64,000 nucleotides of DNA, taken from contig CAWCDG010000004.1 in NCBI GenBank assembly GCA_963794325.1, forward strand, positions 1,376,001 to 1,440,000, in the 5' to 3' direction. Source of the stretch: an uncultured delta proteobacterium (lineage in GTDB: Bacteria > Desulfobacterota > Binatia > Binatales > Binataceae). Numbering within the stretch: the stretch's first letter is position 1; the number at the start of each line of letters is the position of its first letter. The notes beneath the pieces were generated by a model. That model made no database searches, was not told the origin of the DNA, and saw only the letters and a list, made by a program, of their open reading frames with translations. Shown piece after piece: positions 29,514-40,468 of this stretch. A program made the position numbers and the translations under genes.

Positions 29514-31832
29514 TTAGTCGAGCGGCGGATCGAATGCGCTGATGGGCGGCGGCGCGCCGATAAACTTCTCGACTTCGACTAGGGTGGTCTGGGCGCTTGG
29601 GCCTTGGGCGAGGCGCGAGGTGCCTTTGTCGAGCGTCAGCACGTTCGGGTTGCCGTGTTTGTCGAGACTGGCGATGGTGCCCGGTTCGACTGGGTCGTAC
29701 CACGCGCCGGTTGAGATTTGGATTACGCCGGGGCGAATGTCGTCGGTGAGGACTGCGCCAGCGAGGATCGCGCCGCGATCGTTGAAGACCCGGACGACCT
29801 CGCCGTCGCGAATTGCGCGCGCGGCCGCATCGCCGCGGTTCATTCGCATCGGCTCGCGTCCCGCGACTTTGCTTTTCTGGCTGACGCGCGCCATGTCCAT
29901 CTGGCCGTGCAATCGCGTGCTCGGTTGGGTGGTCAGAAGATGCAACGGGTACTTGCGCGCCGCATCACTGCCCAGCCACTCGGCGGGTTCGAGCCAGGTC
30001 GGATGTCCGGGACAATCGTCGTAGCGGTAGCTCGCAATTTTCTCCGAAAAAATCTCGATTCGGCCTGACGGCGTCGGCAGCGGGTTAGCGTCGGGATTCA
30101 TCCTGAATTCTTCGAAGAGTATGTGCGGCGTCGAGGCTTCGGGAATTTCGAGATAGCCGCGGCTCCAGAACTCGTCGAAGTCGGGCCACTGCGCGACGTG
30201 ACGATTCGCGTGCTCGCGCGCCGCTTCGTATATATGACGCACCCATTGCATCGTGGTGCGGCCTTCGGTGAATGACTCGCGAGTGCCGAAGCGATCGCTG
30301 AGATCGCTGAAAATTGCAAAGTCGTCGCGCGCCTGGCCGACCGGTGCGATCGCCTGTTTCATCCCGATGATGAATCGGTCGCGTGCGCTGGCGCCGACGT
30401 CGTCGCGCTCGAGGGTCGTGGTGGTCGGCAGCACGATGTCGGCATGGCGCGCGGTCGAGGTCCACCACGGATCGTGGACGACGATGGTCGAAGGGCGCCG
30501 CCACGCGCGAATCAGGCGGTTGAGATCCTGATGATGATGAAATGGATTGCCGCCGCACCAATAGACGAAATCGATGTCGGGATAACTGAGGTCCTGCCCG
30601 TTGTACTGGAACGGTTGATTCGGGTTGAGCAACAGGTCGGCGATTCGAGCGACCGGGATGAAGCTGCGAACCGGATTGCGGCCGGCTGACAGCGTCGGGA
30701 CCGGCATTTCCGGCAGCAGACTCGCGAGGCCCTCCATGCTGCCGTAGCCGAAGCCGAAGCCTCCGCCCGGCAGACCGACCTGGCCGAGCACACTGGCGAG
30801 TGCGATCGCCGCCCAGATCGGCTGCTCACCGTGGTCGCCGCGCTGCAGAGACCAATTGACGTTGATGAAGGTCCGCGACGCGGCCATCTTGCGCGCGAGG
30901 GCGCGAATCTTGTCAGCCGGAATTTCGCTCAAATCGGCGGCCCACTCGGCAGACTTCGCGACACCGTCTTCGGCGCCGAGAAGATAGTCGCGGAAGCGAC
31001 TGAAACCGGTGCAGTAGCGCGCAAGGAAATCCGCGTCGTGCAGTCCCTCGACGATGAGAGTGTGCGCGAGCGCGAGCATCAGCGCGGTGTCGCTATGCGG
31101 GCGCGGCGCGATCCATTCAGCGCCGAGGAACGGCGCGGCGTCGTCGCGCATCGGGCTGATGTTGCAAAACTCGACGCCGGCGGCCTTCGCCTGCTCGAGC
31201 CAGCCGCGGGTCGTATGCTCGCCGACACCGCCGGGAGTGACTTGTGTGTTGCGCGTAGGAATCCCGCCGAACATCACGACCAGGTCCGCGTGATCGACGA
31301 TGCTCTTCCAGCTGGTGCCGGGACCGTTCATCGCATGAAGGCTGCCGAGCACGTTCTTCACGAGCACGGCGCCGGCCGCGTTGCTGTAAGTGTCGCGCGC
31401 GCCGGTGAATCCGCCGATGCCGCCGAGGAAGCGTTGCAGTTGCGTGCGCGCATGATGGAAGCGGCCGGCGCTGGCCCATCCGTAGGAGCCCGCGTAGATG
31501 GCCTGATTGCCGCGATCGCGAATCACGCGCTTGAGTTCATCCGCGATCAAATCGAGCGCGCGTTCCCACGTAACCGGGACATAGCGATCCGACCCGCGAC
31601 GATCGCGCGCGCGGCCGGGGCCATGCTCGAGCCATCCTGCGCGCACCGCGGGTTGCGCGATGCGGCTGGAATGGTGCAGCGCGTCGGGAATCGAGGACAG
31701 CAGCGGCGAAGGATCGGGATCGCGAGCGAAGGGGCGCGCTTCGGTGACGCGTCCGTCGAGGATGACTGGCTCGAAGGTGCCCCAATGCGAATGGTTGAGG
31801 GCTGGCGGCGAGCCAGCAATTTTCTCAGACAT
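29514..31832 (-). CDS. molybdopterin oxidoreductase, BisC/TorA/DMSO reductase family (no Tat signal seen)
   Basis: SHWG, RIAQPAVRAGWL, RGSDRYVPVTW, GSYGWASAGRFHHA, GG.PFHHHQDLN, ADIVLP.TT.LER.D, HGNPNVLT.DKGTSRLAQG. Confidence 0.9.
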   Translation of the reverse strand: MSEKIAGSPPALNHSHWGTFEPVILDGRVTEARPFARDPDPSPLLSSIPDALHHSSRIAQPAVRAGWLEHGPGRARDRRGSDRYVPVTWERALDLIADELKRVIRDRGNQAIYAGSYGWASAGRFHHARTQLQRFLGGIGGFTGARDTYSNAAGAVLVKNVLGSLHAMNGPGTSWKSIVDHADLVVMFGGIPTRNTQVTPGGVGEHTTRGWLEQAKAAGVEFCNISPMRDDAAPFLGAEWIAPRPHSDTALMLALAHTLIVEGLHDADFLARYCTGFSRFRDYLLGAEDGVAKSAEWAADLSEIPADKIRALARKMAASRTFINVNWSLQRGDHGEQPIWAAIALASVLGQVGLPGGGFGFGYGSMEGLASLLPEMPVPTLSAGRNPVRSFIPVARIADLLLNPNQPFQYNGQDLSYPDIDFVYWCGGNPFHHHQDLNRLIRAWRRPSTIVVHDPWWTSTARHADIVLPTTTTLERDDVGASARDRFIIGMKQAIAPVGQARDDFAIFSDLSDRFGTRESFTEGRTTMQWVRHIYEAAREHANRHVAQWPDFDEFWSRGYLEIPEASTPHILFEEFRMNPDANPLPTPSGRIEIFSEKIASYRYDDCPGHPTWLEPAEWLGSDAARKYPLHLLTTQPSTRLHGQMDMARVSQKSKVAGREPMRMNRGDAAARAIRDGEVVRVFNDRGAILAGAVLTDDIRPGVIQISTGAWYDPVEPGTIASLDKHGNPNVLTLDKGTSRLAQGPSAQTTLVEVEKFIGAPPPISAFDPPLD

Positions 31833-31850
31833 CCTGCTCACGCATCGAGA

Positions 31851-32807
<957 letters not shown>

Positions 32808-32956
32808 CGGTGGCCTCCCGCTTTTGAAGTCGTCCAACTATATTACCTGTTAAATCGGACAAAAGACGATTGAAAGCAACAGCTTGGGAGTGACGGTCGA
32901 ATCAGCGCCTCGTGGTCATCCCCTGGGAAATAGTTCTCGGGAAGCGTCTGTAAAAG

Positions 32957-33337
32957 CTATCGGCGCGAGCGGCGTCTTTGTGGAGTACGCCTAATGCTTG
33001 CCAGGGCTCCTACCACGATGACCACTACGCCAACTAGTCCGAACGCTGCCCACCATTGAAGGAATATTCCAAGGAATAGGACCAGTCCGGTCAGGATAAA
33101 GGCAGCACCGATCACTCTCGCAAATATCCAGACCACGGTTGCGTAAGTGTTTGCGGCGGCGGAATCGAGAAACGCCATCACGTTGTCTTCGAACTCATGC
33201 AGCTCAGCAGTAACTATGCCCTCGACCAGACGCGCGAGAAGCTTGGGCCATTCGGTGTCTGAACTCGGGGCTTTGCTCGCGACTGCTGGGGACTCGGCGG
33301 TGGGCGGCGGTCCTTTCGAGCGATCTTTCGGTGACAT
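32957..33337 (-). CDS. holin-like / YqjE-like two-TM membrane protein
   Basis: WP.LL.R.V....AE helix followed by two TM segments; resembles 54408-54758. Confidence 0.5.
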   Translation of the reverse strand: MSPKDRSKGPPPTAESPAVASKAPSSDTEWPKLLARLVEGIVTAELHEFEDNVMAFLDSAAANTYATVVWIFARVIGAAFILTGLVLFLGIFLQWWAAFGLVGVVVIVVGALASIRRTPQRRRSRR

Positions 33338-33344
33338 AGCTACC

Positions 33345-34121
33345 TCACTCCGACATGGTTGATAGCAATCGCTGAATCGGCTCCTGGCTGACTGTTATAA
33401 GACCGCGGTCTGGCTGGTTCAGGTCCAAGGTAGCAAAAATGATGAAGCTGACGACCAGGATGAAGCATACAGTGCCGGCCATATCGGCTTCGTTCGCCGC
33501 TCCCTGTTCCCTGCCTACCAGCATCGCAGAACTGGAGGCGGACAGGAGCAGCAGGATTACGATGCTCGCCGGCAGCCTGTCCTTGAGTGCCGCGAGGCGT
33601 GCAATATGGTTGCTGCTTACAGCATTGAGAGTATTGGTGAGTGAGACTGCGATAGGTGTTCCATTCTCGAGCGCTTGAGATACCAGCTCAACCATTTGAT
33701 TGTGCATCTGCTGGAATTGAACGATTGCGTTTTCGAAACGGGTCTCGTCATAACGGTGCTTGGGAAGGTCTGCACGCAGCGACGTGTAATCGTGGATAAC
33801 AGTCCGCAGTTTGGTTCGCACCGGTTCTTTGAGCAGGCTGGCGCAAGTGTAGAAGTCGCCGATGGCGTTGGCGTCGCTCACGACCATCATGCGCCGCTGG
33901 TCGTGCTTGCCAAGCGCCGTTGAGAACGTGAACGCGAGCAGCAATCCAAGCACCGCGAGACTCGCGTCCGCGAATTTTGAAACGGCAGCTTTGCCCTGCG
34001 GCTGCAATTCCAACCGCAGATTGCGTCCTCGCCAGCGTCCCGCGAGCCAGGCGCCGACCATCGCCAACGCGACCATCGACGCGACTGCCCAGGCATCAGT
34101 GTCGGTAAAGATCTGTCCCAT
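33345..34121 (-). CDS. DUF4239 / bestrophin-like membrane protein
   Basis: LGLLLAFTFS.A....D.RR..VV.DANAIG and DL.QP.RGLI.VSQ.P. Confidence 0.75.
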   Translation of the reverse strand: MGQIFTDTDAWAVASMVALAMVGAWLAGRWRGRNLRLELQPQGKAAVSKFADASLAVLGLLLAFTFSTALGKHDQRRMMVVSDANAIGDFYTCASLLKEPVRTKLRTVIHDYTSLRADLPKHRYDETRFENAIVQFQQMHNQMVELVSQALENGTPIAVSLTNTLNAVSSNHIARLAALKDRLPASIVILLLLSASSSAMLVGREQGAANEADMAGTVCFILVVSFIIFATLDLNQPDRGLITVSQEPIQRLLSTMSE

Positions 34122-34214
34122 GACTAAGCGCAGACAATATAGATGTCGGCGGCCTTTCGCCAATCTTTCACCGCTTCGATCTTTATTCTGAGGACCGACC
34201 CGGAGCGTTCAATT

Positions 34215-34937
34215 TTATCCGCGCAGGAAGTGGGTGATTAGAAAGATCGTGAGCATTCCCATGCAGGTGGCGACGCCTACCAGTGGTGAGTCGTGTTCGC
34301 GCGCTTCCGGCAGTAGATCCGATGCGCCGATATAAAGAAATGAGCCTGCGAAGAATGCGAGCATCACCGGCAGGAGTCCTCCTCTCAAATTGAACATCAG
34401 CGTCGAGGCCGCACCGAGAACCGGCGCCGCCATGTCGATCATCAGCCAGAAGATGGCGTCCCGGCGCGATTTCCCATGGGCCAGAACTACCGTCACCGTG
34501 TTCAGCCCGTCGCTGAAGTCATGCGCGATGATTCCGAAGGCAATCAGGAGCCCGACCTGGACGCTGGTCTGAAAGCCAACGCCGATTGCAACTCCGTCGA
34601 GGAAACTATGGAAGGCGAGACCCGCCGCGGACATCGCGCCCAGCTCCGCCTCATGAGCTTCGGCGAGGTGCGGGTGTTCGCGAGCGCGATGCATCGCGGT
34701 GTAGCGCTCGAGTCCGAAGAAACAGAGGAATCCGAGCGCGGTGATCGGCATGTACGAGGCGCCGTGGTCGAAGGCAAAGACTTCCGGCAGAATGTCGAAC
34801 AGAGCGACGGCCAGGACGGCGCCCGAGCTGAAGCCGAGCAGCAGATGAAGCCGGTCGCGCAGGCGGATCGCCGCGGTCCCGCCCAAGCCGGTCGAGAGAA
34901 GGGTTACCAGGGCAAGTAGAATCGGGGCGTATCGCAT
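34215..34937 (-). CDS. ZIP family metal transporter
   Basis: LGFSSGAVL.VA.FD.LPE, HSFLDG.AIG, IAHDFSDG, AGSFLYI.ASDLLPEA. Confidence 0.9.
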   Translation of the reverse strand: MRYAPILLALVTLLSTGLGGTAAIRLRDRLHLLLGFSSGAVLAVALFDILPEVFAFDHGASYMPITALGFLCFFGLERYTAMHRAREHPHLAEAHEAELGAMSAAGLAFHSFLDGVAIGVGFQTSVQVGLLIAFGIIAHDFSDGLNTVTVVLAHGKSRRDAIFWLMIDMAAPVLGAASTLMFNLRGGLLPVMLAFFAGSFLYIGASDLLPEAREHDSPLVGVATCMGMLTIFLITHFLRG

Positions 34938-35016
34938 GGCTGGATTTTGCTCAGATAGAGGCGGTCAAATTCAACCTGGTGCCGGGAACCAGACGCGGGG
35001 CTTCGGCGTTGCTAAT

Positions 35017-35673
35017 ATGATGAATATGGAAACGCGAGCGAAATGGATACTGGCGCTCTCTCTAACTGTTGCAGTGCTATTCGGCATGAAGCCGATCGAC
35101 GCCTTCGCGCAAGCCGCTAGCGGCGACAAGGCCACTGCGGTCTTTTCGGGCGGATGTTTCTGGGGCGTCGATGGCGTCTTCAAGCATGTGAAGGGCGTGA
35201 GCAAGGTCGTCTCAGGATACGCGGGCGGAGCGGCGAACACCGCGCAGTACGAGACGGTCAGCACGGGAACGACCGGACATGCCGAATCGGTAAAGGTCAC
35301 GTACGATCCGTCGAAGGTCTCATACGACGATCTGCTGAAGGTTTTCTTCTTCGTCGCGCACGATCCGACTGAGCTGAACCGGCAGGGTCCGGATACGGGG
35401 ACTCAGTATCGATCGTCGATCTTCTACGAAAACGAAGCTCAGAAGAAGATGGCGGATGACTACATCGCGGATCTCGATCAGAAGCACGCATTCTCCAAGC
35501 CGATCGTGACCAAGGTGGTTCCGTTGACGGGGTTCTATCCGGCGGAAGCCTATCATCAGAACTACCTGGAGCTGCATCCCGATCAGCCCTACATCGTCTT
35601 CAATGATTTGCCGAAACTGGAGCAGTTTCAGAAAGACTTACCCGGGCTGTACCAGCAGCAGGCTGCGAAGTAG
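35017..35673 (+). CDS. msrA: peptide methionine sulfoxide reductase A, exported form
   Basis: GGCFWG, VSGYAGG, GHAESV, HDPT.LNRQGPD.GTQYRS, FYPAEAYHQNY; N-terminal signal peptide. Confidence 0.93.
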   Translation: MMNMETRAKWILALSLTVAVLFGMKPIDAFAQAASGDKATAVFSGGCFWGVDGVFKHVKGVSKVVSGYAGGAANTAQYETVSTGTTGHAESVKVTYDPSKVSYDDLLKVFFFVAHDPTELNRQGPDTGTQYRSSIFYENEAQKKMADDYIADLDQKHAFSKPIVTKVVPLTGFYPAEAYHQNYLELHPDQPYIVFNDLPKLEQFQKDLPGLYQQQAAK

Positions 35674-35674
35674 C

Positions 35675-37504
35675 TCACCCGGCCGCCGCGCGACGCTGCT
35701 CGATCTTGCGCATCTCTTCGGCGCGTGAGCGGGCCTGATCCGCGGCGCGTACCGCTGAGTCCGACGCGTGATAGAGCTCGAGGTCGGCGTCGAACTCGCC
35801 ATCTACGACCGGGCTGAGGGCTACATCCATATAGTGCTTCGAAGCCGGGTCGTTCTCGATTCTCTTTCGCAGGCGTTCCAGGCGCCAGAAGAACCATGCT
35901 CCCGGCAGATAGGTCGTTAGTGTCTCGCGCGCGCGCCGCGCGAAGAACGTGAGCGGGTTCTCGCGAGGATAACCGGGACGGCGCTGGGTGCGCGGCTTGC
36001 GGCGGATAATCCCGCCTTGCAGCGGATGCACATGCTCGAAGGCGTGACTGCCGTAGAAGTAGAAAATCATCGAGGTCATCCGCCGCGAGCGCATCCCACT
36101 GGCGACGGCTCGCTTGATCAACGTCTCGATGTGCGACGGCGAATAGTACAGGTGCCACGCGCGTTGATAGATATCCTGCCATTCGGAAGCACTCATCCGC
36201 GGATGGTCGGCGGCCGCATGCTCGGCGTCATACTTGTTGGTGTCGGCTTCCATCCGCTCGCCGCGCAGGTACATTTCCTGGTGGTCCTTCGAGCCGGGCA
36301 GCGGCGTCAGCATGAAGAATTCCATGATGTCGATCGGGAGTTCGCGCTGGATGATCGCGATGTCGCGCGCGATGCTATCCGGCGTATCCGACGGGAAGCC
36401 GAGGATGTAGCCGGCATAGGTCAGCACCTTGGCGCGCTTCCATGCCTGGAGCATCTTGCGGTATTCGGTAATTCGATTCTGACCCTTCGACGCGCCCTTC
36501 AGGCTGTCGGGATTGATGTTCTCGAGGCCGATAAAAACTTTCTTGCAGCCTGCGCGCACCGACTTCTCGACGAAGTTCGGAATTTTGTGGCACATGGTAT
36601 CGACCTGCATGATGATGTTGATCTTCAGGCGGTCGCGGCGCTTGAGTTCGATGATACGGTCGAGGATCGATTCCCAATTCTTGTTGCGCGCGAAGTTGTC
36701 GTCGGTGATGAAGAAGCTCTTCACGCCCTGCGCTGCATGCGCGCGAATCAATAGCTCGATATCGTCGGCGCTGCGATAGCGCGACTTGCGCCCCTGCACA
36801 TTTATGATCGTACAGAAGCTGCAACTGAACGGGCATCCGCGGCCGGCGTCGAAGCATCCGAGCGCGCCGGCGTAGCGCTTGACGTATTTCATGGGAAGGA
36901 ACGGCAGCGGCTCGCCGTCCATCGCGGGCAAATCCGCCATGAAGTTATAAACCGGGGGCAGACGATTCTCGAATGCCGCGAGCAGCAGCTCGTCGAGCCG
37001 GCGTTCGGCTTCACCGGCGAACAGCGTGATTCCAAGCGCGAGCGCGTCCTTCATCTCGGGCGGCATCTCAGGCAGCATCGCGAGACATCCGCTGACGTGG
37101 AATCCGCCGATAGCGACCTGGATTCCCGCCGCGCGCAGCTCGCGCGCGATATCGACAGCGCGTGCGAACTGGTTAGTCTGCACACCGACCAGCAATACGA
37201 CGCCGCGATTCGAATTGCGCTTGAACCGCCGAACTACCTCACCCACCGGGACTTTCTTGTTGGTCTCATCGTGTGCTTCAATCTCGAGATCGATGCCGTC
37301 GCCGAGGATGTGCCGCGTTTGCGCATCGAGCGCGAGGCCGTAGAGATTCGACAGCGAGCTCGACGGCACAAATCCGCGCCACCACTGAATCAGGTAGCCG
37401 TCGTCGTCGTAATGCGAAGGTTTGATGAGATCGACGAGAAATTTGGCGCGGTTTGGTTGGTTCACAGTCTTGTCGGGGGACTTTCGACTCAACTCTATCC
37501 GCAA
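35675..37504 (-). CDS. cobalamin-binding (class B-like) radical SAM protein
   Basis: GGFHVSG in the N-terminal domain, GRGCPFSCSFC, TDDNF, FIGLE, LTPLPGS. Confidence 0.88.
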   Translation of the reverse strand: MRIELSRKSPDKTVNQPNRAKFLVDLIKPSHYDDDGYLIQWWRGFVPSSSLSNLYGLALDAQTRHILGDGIDLEIEAHDETNKKVPVGEVVRRFKRNSNRGVVLLVGVQTNQFARAVDIARELRAAGIQVAIGGFHVSGCLAMLPEMPPEMKDALALGITLFAGEAERRLDELLLAAFENRLPPVYNFMADLPAMDGEPLPFLPMKYVKRYAGALGCFDAGRGCPFSCSFCTIINVQGRKSRYRSADDIELLIRAHAAQGVKSFFITDDNFARNKNWESILDRIIELKRRDRLKINIIMQVDTMCHKIPNFVEKSVRAGCKKVFIGLENINPDSLKGASKGQNRITEYRKMLQAWKRAKVLTYAGYILGFPSDTPDSIARDIAIIQRELPIDIMEFFMLTPLPGSKDHQEMYLRGERMEADTNKYDAEHAAADHPRMSASEWQDIYQRAWHLYYSPSHIETLIKRAVASGMRSRRMTSMIFYFYGSHAFEHVHPLQGGIIRRKPRTQRRPGYPRENPLTFFARRARETLTTYLPGAWFFWRLERLRKRIENDPASKHYMDVALSPVVDGEFDADLELYHASDSAVRAADQARSRAEEMRKIEQRRAAAG

Positions 37505-37720
37505 TCGGAGTTGTTGGCTACCGATTTAATTTGCTGCCTGTTGATATCGATTCTCAAGGGACTGAGTCTTCGAATTCCGGGGACTGGCCAGGTCGACAGT
37601 AAAGAGTAGGTATTGCGCTGACCCTCGTAAGCGTGCACACCTATCTAAGGACGTTAATCATAACGTAACCATAAAGAAGGACGCGGATTGCGAACTGCAA
37701 GCGCGCCGAAGGAGCAACCC

Positions 37721-37966
37721 TTGGACCTGGATAAATTGGTGTCAGACTTGGCGAAGGAAAGAGACAGGCTCGGCCGGGCGATCAGCGCGCTAATGGGATC
37801 GGCCAGCGCGGCCTTGTCAGGCGGTGGCAGGAAGAAGCGAGTCGGCAGGCCTAAGGGGACCACGACCAAGAAGCGCAAGCGCGGGGGCCTGACGCCCGAG
37901 GGCCGTAAGCGGCTTTCAATTGCGATGAAGAAGCGCTGGGCAGAGCGTAGGAAGAAGGGCGCTTAG
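37721..37966 (+). CDS. small basic putative DNA-binding protein
   Basis: AAGGAG RBS then TTG; coiled-coil N-terminus, GRP hook-like motif and GLTPEGRKRLS.AMKKRWA tail. Confidence 0.7.
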   Translation: MDLDKLVSDLAKERDRLGRAISALMGSASAALSGGGRKKRVGRPKGTTTKKRKRGGLTPEGRKRLSIAMKKRWAERRKKGA

Positions 37967-38079
37967 CGCCCCGCTCGAATCCTAAGCGCAAAAAGAAGGT
38001 GGCACAGGCTTCAGCCTGTGATTCAGACCCGCGCTGTACGCGCGAGTCTGGAGACGCCTATCGGCAGAAGGGGATTCCG

Positions 38080-38526
38080 ATGCGGCCGGCTTTTCTCGTA
38101 CTGACGATCGCTATCGTAGCGCTCGCGGGATGCTCCGGCGTCGACCAGGATGTCGCACACCTCCAGCAGGAGCAGGATGCGATCAGTGCCGCGACCAAGA
38201 AGATAAAGGTCGTCGCACGCGCCAACGTCAAGGGCAACCCGCAGTACACGATGCTAGGTCACGTGGAGGGCTACTGCTTCAACCTCCCGAATTCGACGGG
38301 TGGCCAGGTCATCCATGGCGACGGACTTAAAGCGGCGGCGTATCGCAAGTACGGGAATCAGGTTGATGCGATCGTGAACACCACGGTGTGGTTCGTTTCG
38401 GATGACGATTACGGTGCGTTCGAGCCTTACACGGAGGGCGGATACTTCGAATGCGCCGGCACTGCGGTCCACTTCACCAATCAACCAACTCCCTCAGCAT
38501 CACCTGGCCCATGGCCTACAAGTTGA
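38080..38526 (+). CDS. hypothetical lipoprotein
   Basis: lipobox ALAGC; C-terminal C.GTAV.F. Confidence 0.65.
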   Translation: MRPAFLVLTIAIVALAGCSGVDQDVAHLQQEQDAISAATKKIKVVARANVKGNPQYTMLGHVEGYCFNLPNSTGGQVIHGDGLKAAAYRKYGNQVDAIVNTTVWFVSDDDYGAFEPYTEGGYFECAGTAVHFTNQPTPSASPGPWPTS

Positions 38527-38577
38527 CCCGTAACTTGCTTACTCAAGCGAGGTAGTCAAGGAAGTGCCACTACGGCT

Positions 38578-38961
38578 TTACGTCGGTGGCATCTGGTTGT
38601 GTCGGAAAGCTTCCAGCGCGGCGCGGACCCGCTCGGTTTCCGCGATCATCGAATCGAGCGCCGGTTGGAGATCGATTGTTGGTTCGTGCCTCGCTCGATC
38701 TTCTAGATCTTGAGATAGCTCTAGCAGGCGCGCCGCACCGAAGTGACCGCAGCTACCCTTGATCGCATGTGCAGTCGCCGCAACTCCGGCGCGATCACCA
38801 TCGTTCATTTGCAATCCGATTGTGCGCACACGTTCGCTCAAGTCGGCGAGAAAGACCCTGATGATCTCGGCGACAAATTGATCGCCCATTTCATCGCCTT
38901 CAGCGAGTTGGGAAATTGAGCGCATATCGATCGTCGGCATGTCCGCGGTTTCGGTGCCCAT
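38578..38961 (-). CDS. stand-alone Hpt (histidine phosphotransfer) protein
   Basis: AHAIKGSCGHFGA.RL..L...LE. Confidence 0.88.
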   Translation of the reverse strand: MGTETADMPTIDMRSISQLAEGDEMGDQFVAEIIRVFLADLSERVRTIGLQMNDGDRAGVAATAHAIKGSCGHFGAARLLELSQDLEDRARHEPTIDLQPALDSMIAETERVRAALEAFRHNQMPPT

Positions 38962-39140
38962 TGGATTTAACAATCCAAGTTGTGTGCCGCCGCGACCGAT
39001 CCAAGTTCGACCCGCGACCGACTCCGCCGATGATTTTCTGCGCTACGCAGTCGCACGCTTTATGAGCCATTGAAAGCCTTGGACGTCGATGCGATTCCGA
39101 CGGTCCAGCTTTTTCGAATCGTCAGAATCGCATCGCGGTG

Positions 39141-40370
39141 TCATTTGTTTGGCGCATCGCCGCTCGAATTGCCGGCGCCCGCCATCTCGATGCGCAAGTG
39201 GCTGACCTCGTCCTGCCACTTGTCGCCGAATACCAGGACCATCACCTGCTGATTGACGTCAGTGTCGTGGCTGAGGCTGCGGATTGAACCGCCGCCGGTG
39301 GCCGCGAGCACCTTGTATGCGGCCTGCGCCTGCTTTTCGAACTCGGGAAGCGGACCGATCTCCGCATCTGTTGGCACTTGGCCATGTACTCTCATCCAGA
39401 ATGATCGCATGTAGCGTTCATGCTCCTCCTGCTGGACGTCGACGGCGCTCAGCGTGCCGTTGTTGCGTCTGAAGTCCCTGATGAGCGCGAGCAGCGGTGC
39501 GAAATCCTGCGCCTCGGGAGGGGAGTCGCCGATCAGCACGATCACTTTGCGCGCATAGGGCTTCCAATCCATTTTGGTGATCGCAGCCTGGACCGCGCCG
39601 AGGGTGTTCTCCTGCCATTCGCCGCCACCCTTTGCCTGAATCGAGCCGAGAAAGGTTTGCAGCTTTGCGGTCGAGAGGGTCAGCGGCTGCATGTCGACGG
39701 GCTCGCCTTTGCCGCCGAACACGACGACGCCGATGCGCGCGATCGGAACCAACTGACGAACTCTGATCGCGAGGCGCGTCATCCGCGCCTTCACGTCAGC
39801 AATCACGAAGTCCATCGACTTGGTGCCGTCGATCACCAGCACGATGTCGAGACCGTTGTGGCGCAGCCCGGTGATGAACCACGGAAAGCTTCCACCGCCA
39901 TCGCCGCCGGGTCCTGGATGGAGATTCAGGTAAGCACCCAGGTGACGATCGAGATCGATTCCAGTGTCGGATGGCGTGGCGGCGATCTCGTTGGAGTTCG
40001 CGCCGAGCACTTTGTTGACGTCCACCACCGGCGGCGAATCGTCGGGGAATTTGGTCTTGAGCTCCGGCATAGGAGTGTCGGGAAATTCCAGGGGCTCGAG
40101 GCTTTCGGGCGGGTGGATGGAACCTGCATCTATCTTGAGGATCAGCAGTTCGCGGGCGCGGGTATCATGGACGGCGATGATGAGTGCGAGAAGAATCGCG
40201 AGATGGATCGCGATCGAAATCGAAAATGGGCCGCCGGCCAAGCGGGCCGCGTTGCGAAGCTGCGCAGGCATCGAGGCGGCGAGCGGAGTGCCGCGAATCC
40301 GGCTCCATGCAAAGGCGACTAGTAGAATCGAGCTCGAGACGGCGAGGCAGACAACCAGGATCGCAATCAT
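39141..40370 (-). CDS. membrane-anchored vWA domain protein (paralogue of 41100-42497)
   Basis: two N-terminal hydrophobic segments, GLDIVLVIDGTKSM MIDAS-like motif, GGGEW.E.T, KVIVLIGDSPP. Confidence 0.85.
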   Translation of the reverse strand: MIAILVVCLAVSSSILLVAFAWSRIRGTPLAASMPAQLRNAARLAGGPFSISIAIHLAILLALIIAVHDTRARELLILKIDAGSIHPPESLEPLEFPDTPMPELKTKFPDDSPPVVDVNKVLGANSNEIAATPSDTGIDLDRHLGAYLNLHPGPGGDGGGSFPWFITGLRHNGLDIVLVIDGTKSMDFVIADVKARMTRLAIRVRQLVPIARIGVVVFGGKGEPVDMQPLTLSTAKLQTFLGSIQAKGGGEWQENTLGAVQAAITKMDWKPYARKVIVLIGDSPPEAQDFAPLLALIRDFRRNNGTLSAVDVQQEEHERYMRSFWMRVHGQVPTDAEIGPLPEFEKQAQAAYKVLAATGGGSIRSLSHDTDVNQQVMVLVFGDKWQDEVSHLRIEMAGAGNSSGDAPNK

Positions 40371-40468
40371 CGCATCCTCCTTCGCGCCAACTCTGGCCCG
40401 AGCGTTGGCGTCTCCTTAAACTAAGATCGGAGGAGGAGCGATTCTCTTGCGACTGGGTAGCTTGGAGC

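Noticed and set aside
32957-33337. Holin-like proteins as evidence of a prophage
   Set aside because: No phage structural, lysis or integrase genes nearby; the context fits YqjE-like stress membrane proteins.
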